A stretch of 64,000 nt of DNA, from positions 384,001 through 448,000 of the forward strand of contig JAWLHJ010000003.1 of assembly GCA_041690395.1 (NCBI GenBank), in the 5' to 3' direction. Every line of letters begins with the position of its first letter. The first letter of the stretch is position 1. Shown one piece after another: positions 1 through 8,895 of this stretch. This DNA comes from Longimicrobiales bacterium (lineage in GTDB: Bacteria > Gemmatimonadota > Gemmatimonadetes > Longimicrobiales > Gaopeijiaceae). The notes under the pieces are model-generated. The model was given only the letters and a program-made list of their open reading frames with translations. It did no database searches and had not been told where the DNA came from. A program made the translations under genes and the position numbers.

Positions 1-1255
1 ACCACCGTTCCACCGCCGTGGGCCGCCCACCCAGCCCCACCGGCCGGTCGCCCCGCCCCGTGTTCCGCTCGAAGCCCGACCTCCGCCACATGGACAGCAA
101 GTGGCGCGCGGCGCGGAGCAGATCCGCGAGGAACGGAACGGGGTCGCGCCACGAGAACAGCGCGAACGCGAACCGTCCCCGCCAGGACCGGAGGACAGCG
201 AAGGGGGAGATGCGTCTCTGGAGCAGAAGGGACGCACAAGCCTGGACGTCGCGCCGAACGTAAATCCACTTCGTCCCCCGGTAGCGTTGCACCCGCTCCG
301 CGGGCAACGGCGCTCCGACGAGATCGTTGTACATGGTCATGAGAAGCTCGACACCCGCTCGCTCGGCGGCCGTGGCCCGGCCCGTGGGCCGACCGACGTT
401 CGCCTCGATGACGACGTGCTGCCCGGAGCGGGCATCCCACATCGACTCGACGTAGCCCTGGCCGTGATGGCCCGCCTCCTTGAACAGGCGGATCGCCTGC
501 TGACGCACCTCCTCGTTCCGGTGCTCCACGCTGATGCAGCCCTGTCCCACCACCGGAGGCCATTGGCGCAGCTTCCGGGACGTGAAGGTCACGAGCGGAG
601 TCCCGTCGGTCGAGAAGTAGCCGTCGCACGTGTAGTGGTCGGAGGCCTCACCCGGAACGAGCTCCTGGACCACGAACCGGTTCGCCAGTGGTGCGTGCCG
701 ATCGTAGTGCGCGAGCAGCGCGCTCGGAGTCTCGGCGACGAGTGCCTTCCCGGGCGCATGCCGATCCCACCGTACGGACTTCAGCGCGGGCTTGAGCACG
801 CAGGGGTAGCGGGTATTACGCGCGGCTCGCTCCGCGTCGGCACGGCTCCGCAGGACGTGGGTCGCCGGAACGGGAATACCGCGTGCCACGGCGAACTCGG
901 CGAAAGCGGCCTTGTCCATGAGCTGCTCGATGACGACGTGAGAAGGCACCGAGGTGAGGAAATGCTCCCGGAGCGTCACGCCGTGACGAGCCACGCCGAG
1001 AACGGCGAGGTCGGTGCATGGAACGAGGACGGCCGGCTTCTCCAGCTCGCTCGCGAGCTCGAAGAGGGCCGAGGCCATGCTTTCGGGGTCGCGGTCGGCC
1101 CTGATCACCCGGCGGCAGCTCCGCGTTCGGGCGCAAGGGTGCCGCACGTCCGCCGCGATGCCGATGACTTCGATGCCCCTGGCCGCGAACACCCTCGACA
1201 CCTGCAGGCCGGTGGGACCATCGAGCCCCATGACCACGACCGGCGGGCCGCTCAC
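1..1255 (-). CDS. ATP-grasp carboxylate-amine ligase (D-aspartate-ligase/COG3919-like), 3' end runs off window
   Basis: Absent from ORF track because it has no stop in the window. My translation from GTG 1255 (GTGA overlap with the GT2 stop): VSGPPVVVMGLDGPTGLQVSR..LMDKAAFAEFA..YPCVLKP..VVQELVPG..RKLRQWP..VIEANVGRP, which are ATP-grasp motifs. Confidence 0.85.
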   Translation of the reverse strand, partial: MSGPPVVVMGLDGPTGLQVSRVFAARGIEVIGIAADVRHPCARTRSCRRVIRADRDPESMASALFELASELEKPAVLVPCTDLAVLGVARHGVTLREHFLTSVPSHVVIEQLMDKAAFAEFAVARGIPVPATHVLRSRADAERAARNTRYPCVLKPALKSVRWDRHAPGKALVAETPSALLAHYDRHAPLANRFVVQELVPGEASDHYTCDGYFSTDGTPLVTFTSRKLRQWPPVVGQGCISVEHRNEEVRQQAIRLFKEAGHHGQGYVESMWDARSGQHVVIEANVGRPTGRATAAERAGVELLMTMYNDLVGAPLPAERVQRYRGTKWIYVRRDVQACASLLLQRRISPFAVLRSWRGRFAFALFSWRDPVPFLADLLRAARHLLSMWRRSGFERNTGRGDRPVGLGGRPTAVERW

Positions 1256-2421
1256 ACGTCACCGCCCTGTGCGGCCGTATGCCTCTGCGGTGTCCAGCGC
1301 TCGATGCGTCTGCCCTGAACCAGATTCCAGAGCGCGGCCGCACCCGCCAGGTTCGCGAGGCAGAAGAAAAACGGGACGTAGAAGATCGGGTTCTTACCGA
1401 CCCGGCTGCCGCGCATGGCCCATCCCAGGATGGCGAGCGAGAGGAAGCCGACCTGGGCCGCCGCGATCGCGAAATGGAACGAGCTGATCGGAGCCAACAG
1501 GAGGCTCACCACGAACAGCGGTGGGAAGAACAGGGGTAGGACGCGCCGCAGAACCTTGCGGGAGGCGAGCGCGACGGCGTAGAACCCATGACGCATCGGG
1601 TTGAGGAGCTCGCGCCGGAGCAGCACGCCGGAAAGCCCGCGCGTCATGAGCCGAACGCGGCGGCGGAACTCCGGGCCGCTGCTGGGCATGGTCTTCTCCA
1701 GGCCCAGGGCGTCACGCTCGAACACGAGGCGCTTGCCCTGAGCGACGACCGCGGTCGAGATCGCGAAGTCGTCGGTCACGGCCGGGTCCTCGACGGGGCG
1801 GAAGAGCTCCCGCCGGATGGCGTACATGCCGCCGTGCGCCGAAACCACGCTTCCTGTCCTGGTCTCGAGGTGCTTGAGCCACGTGTCGTAGCGCCAGTAG
1901 AGGTCCTCGCCTCGACCCGACGACTGCGTGTCGGCGGCCACGACGTACTCGGTCCTCCCCGCCACGCCGCCGACGTCCGGATCGGCGAAGTTGCGGGCCA
2001 TCATGGCCAAGGCGTCCCGGTGGAACATCGTGTTCGCGTCCGTGAACACGAGGACCTCACCCGTGGCCTGCCCCACGGCCGACGCGAGCGCGGCGGCCTT
2101 CCCCTTGCGAGGAAGGTCGAGAACCCGCACCCGCGAAGGATCCACCGCGGAGGCGAGCGCCACGGTGTCGTCGGTCGAGCCATCGGACGCGACCACGACT
2201 TCGATCCTGTCGCCCGGGTAGCGGGACTGGAAGATGTTCTCGAGGCGCGCCTCGATGTCTTCGGCCTCGTCGTATGCAGCGATGACGACGCTCAACCGGG
2301 GCGTCACCGGTCGCTTCCCGACCTTGCGGTCGAGCAGCGCCCCGGCGATCGCGGCCGTCACCGGATATCCGAAGTATCCGTAGGCCACGATGGCGACCAG
2401 GCTCCAGAAGACGATGGTCAT
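1252..2421 (-). CDS. Glycosyltransferase family 2 (PgaC/IcaA-like, membrane-bound)
   Basis: SVVIAAYDE, DGSTD, GKAAAL, FTDAN, TDDF, RRRVR motifs; N- and C-terminal TM helices. Confidence 0.9.
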   Translation of the reverse strand: MTIVFWSLVAIVAYGYFGYPVTAAIAGALLDRKVGKRPVTPRLSVVIAAYDEAEDIEARLENIFQSRYPGDRIEVVVASDGSTDDTVALASAVDPSRVRVLDLPRKGKAAALASAVGQATGEVLVFTDANTMFHRDALAMMARNFADPDVGGVAGRTEYVVAADTQSSGRGEDLYWRYDTWLKHLETRTGSVVSAHGGMYAIRRELFRPVEDPAVTDDFAISTAVVAQGKRLVFERDALGLEKTMPSSGPEFRRRVRLMTRGLSGVLLRRELLNPMRHGFYAVALASRKVLRRVLPLFFPPLFVVSLLLAPISSFHFAIAAAQVGFLSLAILGWAMRGSRVGKNPIFYVPFFFCLANLAGAAALWNLVQGRRIERWTPQRHTAAQGGDV

Positions 2422-2434
2422 CGGCGTGCACCCA

Positions 2435-3154
2435 TCATGATGCGCCGCGGCCGCCGAAGACGGCCCCGAACGTCCGGATCAGGATGAGCAGGTCGAGCGT
2501 CAAGCGACGGTTCTCGATGTACGCGATGTCCAGCCGGAGCCGGTCGTCGAAGTCCAGATCCGCTCGTCCGGAAACCTGCCACAGGCCGGTCAAGCCGGGC
2601 TTCACGTCGAGTCGAGCCGTGTGCCAGAGGCTGTACGTATCGGCCGCGAACGATGTCGGACGGGGTCCGACGAGGCTCATGTCCCCGGCGAGCACGTTGA
2701 AGATCTGGGGGAGCTCGTCGAGGCTCGTGCGCCGCAGGAACGCGCCCACGCGGGTCACGCGTGGGTCGTCCTTGATCTTGAAGTCCGGCCAGGTGAGCTG
2801 GTTCAGATGGGCGTACTTCTCCTTCAGCTCGGCCGCGTTCTCGACCATGGTGCGCATCTTGTACATGCGGAACCGTCGGCCATGCCGTCCGGTGCGAAGC
2901 TGGGCGAAGAACGGGGCTCCCGGGGTGTCGATGCGCACGGCCAGGGCGCAGAGCGCGAGCACGGGTATGACCACCGGGAGCGCCACGAGCGAGAGCACGA
3001 CGTCGAGAGCGCGCATGACAGCCAGGTACGTGCGCCGGCTGAGCATGGGTCGGGTCTCGAGCTCGTACCACGCCGGCTCGTGAAGAAGAGGACCCATGGA
3101 AGGCGCTCCTCGCAGCGCCTCGTCGAACGATCGGACGTCGAAGGACATACTCAT
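2435..3154 (-). CDS. Priming sugar (polyprenyl-phosphate) transferase, Bac_transf domain
   Basis: FRMYKMRTM, DDPRVTRVGAFLRRTSLDELPQIFNVLAGDMSLVGPRP, KPGLTGLWQVSGR. Confidence 0.93.
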   Translation of the reverse strand: MSMSFDVRSFDEALRGAPSMGPLLHEPAWYELETRPMLSRRTYLAVMRALDVVLSLVALPVVIPVLALCALAVRIDTPGAPFFAQLRTGRHGRRFRMYKMRTMVENAAELKEKYAHLNQLTWPDFKIKDDPRVTRVGAFLRRTSLDELPQIFNVLAGDMSLVGPRPTSFAADTYSLWHTARLDVKPGLTGLWQVSGRADLDFDDRLRLDIAYIENRRLTLDLLILIRTFGAVFGGRGAS

Positions 3155-3834
3155 TCACTCCCCAGGGCTTCACGGGCGACTTCGGGCGGGGCACCGGTGC
3201 GCGAAGTCCGAGGCCTGGATCGCGCGCGAACCTGGGGAGACGGAAGCTCGCGGGGAGGACGCGCGTCGCCGGATCCCGCCGACGAGGCTCGATCGTCCAC
3301 GCTCTCAGCGCGTTCCAGCGCCGTTTCCTCGAGATCTTCGAGAGTGAGGCCGTCAGCCGGGAAGGACGCGACGCCGGCCACCAGACCGATCTGCAGACGC
3401 CTCCGGAACAACTCCCCCACCCGGATCATGGCCTGCCGCGCCTCTTCGCCATCGGACTGGGGGAGCCCGAGGACGAAGCGACCGGCCATCGGCCGGTAGC
3501 ACACGACATCGCTCTCCCGCAGCGCCTCGCGAAGGCCGAGCGCCGCGAGGAGCGGGAGGACGTCGGGTCCAGCTGGTCCGTCACCATTGGAGCCGGGCCC
3601 GCCGTTCGAGCCGGGCCCGCCTGGGCCTTCCTCGAACCGCACCATGCTCAACACCACGATCGTAACGGCCTGTTCGTAACGACGCGCCCTCGTGAACTCG
3701 CCGACGAGCGTCTCGTCGGAGTCGATGACACGTGTCGGCGGCGGAGCCCCTCGAATGGAGGGCGTCCGCTCCGGCGAGTCGGCGTTGTCGCTGCTGTGAC
3801 CACCGACGATCCGTTTGATCCACTTCATGCTCAT
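3151..3834 (-). CDS. Degenerate GGDEF-fold protein with RxxD I-site (PelD-like c-di-GMP receptor candidate)
   Basis: EFTRARRYEQAVTIVVL..LRESDVV..FVLGLPQSDGEEA..GVASFPADGLTLEDL follows the GGDEF fold, but the GGDEF motif is replaced by PMAGRF. Start/stop overlaps with both neighbours. Confidence 0.65.
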   Translation of the reverse strand: MSMKWIKRIVGGHSSDNADSPERTPSIRGAPPPTRVIDSDETLVGEFTRARRYEQAVTIVVLSMVRFEEGPGGPGSNGGPGSNGDGPAGPDVLPLLAALGLREALRESDVVCYRPMAGRFVLGLPQSDGEEARQAMIRVGELFRRRLQIGLVAGVASFPADGLTLEDLEETALERAESVDDRASSAGSGDARPPRELPSPQVRARSRPRTSRTGAPPEVAREALGSE

Positions 3835-6092
3835 CAGACACCTTCAGGTTGGTTGTTCGACCGCGCGACACGGGATGACATGCTTTCGGCGGAACGCGGC
3901 GATCGTGCCGAAGCCGGGGAGGCGTCTTCAGGCGGCGTCGCGTACTCGGCGAAGTAGTCCCCGAAGTCCGGCATACTGCCCTTCTGGAGGTCGTTCACGA
4001 CCACACCCATGAGGTTGGGCACCTCTTCGGGGAGCCGGGCGACGAGGCCCTTCGGCGTCGTATTGCTGCGCACGACGACGACGACACCGTCCACCACGCG
4101 CGACAGCAGCGTCGCGTCGGCGGCGTTGATGAAGAGCGCGGGCGCGTCGACGATGACGAAGTCGTAGCGGGCCTCCGCGTCATGCAGGAGGGAGCTCATT
4201 CCGTGGCCGGCCAGGAGATCCGCCGCACGCGACGTCTCCCCGCCCGACGGAAGCACGTCCAGGCCGTCCGCGACGCCGAACCTGACCGACGCCTTCCAGT
4301 CGGCTCCGCCCTTCAGATGATCGGAGAGCCCGGGACCGGCCGGGATACCGAGAGCCCGGTGGACGGACGGCCTACGAAGGTCCGCGTCGACCAGCAACAC
4401 GCGGCTGCCCAGCTTGGCCAGTGACATGGCGAGGTTCACCGAGATGGTGGTCTTCCCTTCTCCCGCCCTGCAGCTCGACACCAGGATGGACTGCGCTACC
4501 GGTGCGCCGTTCCGGAACAGGACCGCGGTGCGCAGGGCCCCGAACGCGTCGACGATTGCATTGCTGTGCGCGGCTCCCTTCTCGAGCATGTCGAGGCGGA
4601 GCCAGGAGCCCTGTCCGGATCGCCTTCGGACCCTCGGCTCCAGGGCGGAGGGACCCTCGTGCGCGGGAATCATGCCGAGAATCGGCAGCTCCATCCGGCG
4701 CGGAAGGTCGCCCACGGTCTTCAGCGTGTCGTCGAAGAGCTCCTTGACGAACGCGGCGCCGATGCCGAGCACCAGCCCGAGCATGAGCGCGAGCCCCATG
4801 GTCATGGCGAACACCGGGCGGTACGGCTGCAGGGGGGGAACCGCCGGGTCGACCACCGAGAAGTCGGTCGGCCCGATGGCCACCGCGGTCTCCGCGTCGC
4901 GCTGCCGCTCATGGAGCGTGACGTAGAGCGCCCGGTTCGCGAGCACTGCCTGACGGAGGATATGATGTCCTCCGGACTCCGGACCCAGCTCGTTGGCCCG
5001 CTCTTCCTGCTCGTCGATCGCCTGCGCGATCATCCCCTCGCGCTGCAACGCCAGTCGGTACTCGTTCCCGACCCGGCCGGCCACGCGCTCCCGCTCCTGC
5101 GCGATGAGCCCCTCGACGTTCGCGATCTGGTTGAGCACGTCGGCCGTGACCGGATAGTCGTCGGTGAACGTCGACGAGAGCCGGGCGTATTCGCGCCGTA
5201 GCCCGGACAGCTGAGACTCCAGCTCCCTCAGAGCGGCGTCCTCGACGATGTCCACCCCGCCCTGGTCCGCGACGACGTTGTAGAGCGCCTGGTTCTCGTA
5301 CCGCACGCCTTGAGCTTCGGCCAGTCGAGCCCGCAGGTCTCTCAAGCGGGTCCCGATCTCGGAGGTGATGTCCTCCTCCACCAGGTACGGAAGGCCGTTC
5401 TCCTGCGTGTACCGCCGCAGCGCCTCTTCCGACTCCTCGAGCCTCCGTCCCACTTCCTCGACCTGGGCAGCGATACGTTCCGCGCCCTCCTCGCGCATCT
5501 CCGTGCGAAGCGTCGTAAACGACGCGACGATCTCGTTGACGATGAGAGCCGCGAGCTCGGGCGATCCGGCGGAGAAGGTCACGCGTACCAGCCGGCTCTC
5601 GGCGACCGGGTCGATGACGAGACGCTCGAGGAAGCGCGACACCATGCCTTGTCTCGTGGTCTCTTCGTCCGGAGCGAACTCCTCGACCTGCTCCAGCTCG
5701 AGCGTCTCGATGACGCGGTTCGCGAGGGTCTCACTGCGAAGCAGCTCGAAGTTGGTCCGCAGGTGCTCCTCGGTGGGGTCGCCCTCGGCGAAGAGGCTCG
5801 CGACGGAGGGGACACTCCCGTCGCCCCGGCCGATCTCCAGCAGCGCGCTGGCGCGGTAGACGGGCGTCTGGAACAATGTGAACAGGAGCGCGGCCGCGAC
5901 CACGCCGAGAAAGATCCCGCGGATCAGCGACGCGCGGCGACGCAGGATGCCGACCAGCGTTCTGAGGTCGACCTCCATGCCGTCCCGCTCACCCGGCAGG
6001 GGACCGCTTTGCGCCCGGTAGCGCGAAGGGAGAGTTCCACCGTCACCGGGGATGCGCGCGAGCGAACGCCCGTTCCTCGACTCGGGGGCCAT
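3834..6092 (-). CDS. wzc: Polysaccharide co-polymerase / BY tyrosine kinase (Wzc/GumC-like)
   Basis: EVDLRTL..TM..PVYRASALL N-terminus, coiled coil, second TM, Walker A SCRAGEGKTT, VLLVDADLRRP, FVIVDAP. ATG 6092 overlaps the wza stop. Confidence 0.9.
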   Translation of the reverse strand: MAPESRNGRSLARIPGDGGTLPSRYRAQSGPLPGERDGMEVDLRTLVGILRRRASLIRGIFLGVVAAALLFTLFQTPVYRASALLEIGRGDGSVPSVASLFAEGDPTEEHLRTNFELLRSETLANRVIETLELEQVEEFAPDEETTRQGMVSRFLERLVIDPVAESRLVRVTFSAGSPELAALIVNEIVASFTTLRTEMREEGAERIAAQVEEVGRRLEESEEALRRYTQENGLPYLVEEDITSEIGTRLRDLRARLAEAQGVRYENQALYNVVADQGGVDIVEDAALRELESQLSGLRREYARLSSTFTDDYPVTADVLNQIANVEGLIAQERERVAGRVGNEYRLALQREGMIAQAIDEQEERANELGPESGGHHILRQAVLANRALYVTLHERQRDAETAVAIGPTDFSVVDPAVPPLQPYRPVFAMTMGLALMLGLVLGIGAAFVKELFDDTLKTVGDLPRRMELPILGMIPAHEGPSALEPRVRRRSGQGSWLRLDMLEKGAAHSNAIVDAFGALRTAVLFRNGAPVAQSILVSSCRAGEGKTTISVNLAMSLAKLGSRVLLVDADLRRPSVHRALGIPAGPGLSDHLKGGADWKASVRFGVADGLDVLPSGGETSRAADLLAGHGMSSLLHDAEARYDFVIVDAPALFINAADATLLSRVVDGVVVVVRSNTTPKGLVARLPEEVPNLMGVVVNDLQKGSMPDFGDYFAEYATPPEDASPASARSPRSAESMSSRVARSNNQPEGV

Positions 6093-7156
6093 CAGTAGAA
6101 CAGTCCCCGGAAGGTGAGCATGCTGACCAGAGCCCCCAGCACGCCCAACCGCCACGCCTTGTTGCGATTGTTCGGAACGAACAACACGTCGCGCGGCATC
6201 AACGCGGGCGGGGCGACTTCACCGTCCAGCATCTTGTCGAGGTGTATGGGGATCTCCTGCCTGGACCCGTCTTCCGCCTGCCGGACGATGACCGCGCGGT
6301 CCGCGGCGGCGGTCCTGCCGAGGCCCTCCGCCATCGCGAGCGCCTGGAGGACGTCGAGCGGAGGACCGGTCGGGATCTGGAAACCACCGGGCTGATTCAC
6401 CTGCCCCGCGACATACACGAGGCCGGCAGGTCGGACCTGCACGATATCCCCCGGAAGCACGTCGAGATTCTCGGACGTCCGCCCGTACGTGAGCAGCGCG
6501 CCGAGATCGACTTCCATGACTTCGCTTCCCGGCGGACCCAGGGACGTCGCGGCCGTGCTGACCGGCATCGTGCCGGAGGTCGCTCCCCCGTGCGCCGGGC
6601 GCACCACGAACACGCTGTTCCCCGCCGTCTCGGTCAGCCCTTCGGCCATCGCGAGGACGTCGAGCAAGGTGCTCCTGCCCATGATCTGGTAGACGCCGGG
6701 CTGGCGCACGGACCCGATCACGGAGACGCCACGGCTCGACACCTCGGAGATCTGGACCGTGACATGCGGGTTGCGCATGTAGGTCTCACGGAGCTTCTCC
6801 GCGATGGAGTCTTCGAGCTCCCTCGCCGTCAGGCTGGCCGCCTCGACCGCGCCGAGCAGCGGGAGCGCGATCTCTCCGCTCTCCTCGACCTGGAACGTGC
6901 CGTTGAACGTCTCGACGCCGAACACGTCGATCTGGACCTGATCCCGTGCGCCGATCCGGTACTCGCTCGACACCCTCGCCGAGTCGGTCCGGGTTTCTGC
7001 GTTCGCCGTCAGGATTCGGCGATTCGCCTCCGCGATCCGCATGGTGTCGGCTTCCATGGGCGGAAGCGTTCCCGCGTCGTAGTTCGATCCGCCGCCCGAC
7101 GCACAGCCGGCGGTAAGGAGCAGGACGAAAAGGAAGGTTGTCCGAGCCATGGTCAT
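6092..7156 (-). CDS. wza: Polysaccharide export outer-membrane lipoprotein (Wza/SLBB)
   Basis: Lipobox LTAGC; EYRIGARDQVQIDVFG..GEIALPLLG poly_export motif; two SLBB domains. Confidence 0.9.
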   Translation of the reverse strand: MTMARTTFLFVLLLTAGCASGGGSNYDAGTLPPMEADTMRIAEANRRILTANAETRTDSARVSSEYRIGARDQVQIDVFGVETFNGTFQVEESGEIALPLLGAVEAASLTARELEDSIAEKLRETYMRNPHVTVQISEVSSRGVSVIGSVRQPGVYQIMGRSTLLDVLAMAEGLTETAGNSVFVVRPAHGGATSGTMPVSTAATSLGPPGSEVMEVDLGALLTYGRTSENLDVLPGDIVQVRPAGLVYVAGQVNQPGGFQIPTGPPLDVLQALAMAEGLGRTAAADRAVIVRQAEDGSRQEIPIHLDKMLDGEVAPPALMPRDVLFVPNNRNKAWRLGVLGALVSMLTFRGLFY

Positions 7157-7160
7157 GGTC

Positions 7161-8180
7161 CTATCGCGCATTGGCGACAGCGGGTTGTTGCATCGTGCGG
7201 CTCCGGCGGCGGGCCGGCCGGGCCTCGGGGTGTTCCGTGTGATACCAGTCGGCGAATCGCTCGAGGCCTGTCGCGAACGGGGTGGCCGGCCGGTAGCCGA
7301 ACAGTCTCTCGGCCTTGGACACGTCCGCGTACGTCCTGCGGACGTCGCCGGCCTGGTCGGGCATCTTCGAGATGTGGGGCTTGGCATCCATCGCGACGCC
7401 GACCTGGTCGATCATCTCGCGCAGGGAGATGGTGCGGGCGCCGCCGAGGTTTACGACATCGTAGATCTCCGGACTCCTGCCGAGCAGTCCGAGAGCTCCC
7501 TCGATGCCATCCAGGATGTCGTCGATATAGGTGTAGTCCCGCTCGGACCCACCGTCGCCGAACATCGGGATCGCTTCGCCCGCCGACATCATGCGGGCGA
7601 ACTTGTGGATCGCGAGATCCGGACGCTGCCGGGGCCCGTATACGGTGAAGAAGCGCAAGCAGAGAGCCCCGATGCCGAAGAGGTGCGCATGCGCATGGAC
7701 CAGGAGCTCACCGGCCCGCTTCGTCGCGGCGTAGGGGGAGATCGGCCGATCGCCGGGGTCGTCCTCGGAGAACGGAACCGACGCCGCGTCTCCGTATACG
7801 CTGGACGACGAGCCGAAGAGCAGACGACGGATGCCGCGCTCACGCATGAAGTCGAGCAACAGGATCGTGCCCCTGAGGTTCACGTCGACGTAGAGGTGAG
7901 GGTCGTCGATGGAGGGACGTACGCCCGCGCGCGCCGCGAGATGAACGACGGTGTCGATGTCCTCCGGGAGTCGCGCGTAGACCCCGGGATCGCGAATGTC
8001 GCCACGCACGTCCGTGAACGTCCCGAAGGCCCGGCACCTCGCCAGGTTCCGTTCCTTGATGGCCGGATCGTAGAAGGTGTCGTAGCTGTCGAGCGACACG
8101 ACGTGATGCCCTTTTCCGAGGAGACGCTCGCTCAGGTGGGATCCGATGAAGCCCGCGGCTCCGGTGATCAGAACCTTCAC
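7161..8180 (-). CDS. NAD-dependent epimerase (UDP-glucuronate 4-epimerase-like)
   Basis: GAAGFIG, HLAARAGVRPS, SSSSVYG, YAATK, LRFFTVYGP. Confidence 0.92.
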   Translation of the reverse strand: MKVLITGAAGFIGSHLSERLLGKGHHVVSLDSYDTFYDPAIKERNLARCRAFGTFTDVRGDIRDPGVYARLPEDIDTVVHLAARAGVRPSIDDPHLYVDVNLRGTILLLDFMRERGIRRLLFGSSSSVYGDAASVPFSEDDPGDRPISPYAATKRAGELLVHAHAHLFGIGALCLRFFTVYGPRQRPDLAIHKFARMMSAGEAIPMFGDGGSERDYTYIDDILDGIEGALGLLGRSPEIYDVVNLGGARTISLREMIDQVGVAMDAKPHISKMPDQAGDVRRTYADVSKAERLFGYRPATPFATGLERFADWYHTEHPEARPARRRSRTMQQPAVANAR

Positions 8181-8302
8181 GCCCGGTCCCTCCTGTTGCT
8201 CTGCCTACGACACGATGCCGGCATTCTTCCCCCTCTGGCTGACTGGACCACCGTCTCCCCGTCGTAGACGGAGATCCGAAGCGGTGGTGGACAGCCCAAG
8301 AG

Positions 8303-8319
8303 TTGCACGGCTCGTGCCC
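8303..8319 (-). promoter_or_regulatory. Sigma-54 promoter of the EPS operon
   Basis: Minus strand GGGCACG-AGCC-GTGCAA (GG-N10-GC), about 120 nt upstream of the epimerase. Confidence 0.65.
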
Positions 8320-8575
8320 GGGATGGACACGGGTTGGGCGTGAGACCCGTGGACGCTGGAACCGCAGACGCGAAGCCATATCGAGGCGTCCCGGAGGGCG
8401 AAAGTCCCAACCCGGAAGCAGACGGGACATGGGTAGGAACCGCGACACTGGCGCGTACTCGCGCCAACGGGAAATCAGGCTGCGGATAACAAGCGCCACG
8501 CGCCCGACCTCGGACGGTCGCGCGCGTGGCGGATAAGAACTGCGCCTGCACCGGGAGGGTGGAGGGATCCTGGGG

Positions 8576-8725
8576 CTACAGCACCTTTCGGCCCTGGAGG
8601 AGCTGAACGATGACCACGATGATCGCGATGACGAGCAGGATGTGGATCAGTCCTCCGGCGGTGTAGGATGTGGCCAGTCCGAGAGCCCAGAGGACCAGAA
8701 GGATCATGAAGATCGTCCACAACAT
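8576..8725 (-). CDS. lmo0937-family small membrane protein (DUF5670), 49 aa
   Basis: Below the ORF-track cutoff. MLWTIFMILLVLWALGLATSYTAGGLIHILLVIAIIVVIVQLLQGRKVL with a GGGAGA RBS. Confidence 0.88.
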   Translation of the reverse strand: MLWTIFMILLVLWALGLATSYTAGGLIHILLVIAIIVVIVQLLQGRKVL

Positions 8726-8895
8726 GGTATGTCTCCCATCAAGGGGGGGCTGAGGCGTTCACTACCATGAGAGCAACCTTCGTGCTAGAACTCAAAACCC
8801 TATCTGACAAGGGCTTAGGTCAGACGACATACGGAGCCAACCGTCGCTCGAGGGCGACATGGGGCTCCGTCTCGACGCCTGGGACCCCGGCTCCC

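Noticed and set aside
101..1318. 405-aa plus-strand ORF
   Set aside because: Antisense to the ATP-grasp gene, which has real motifs and operon coupling.
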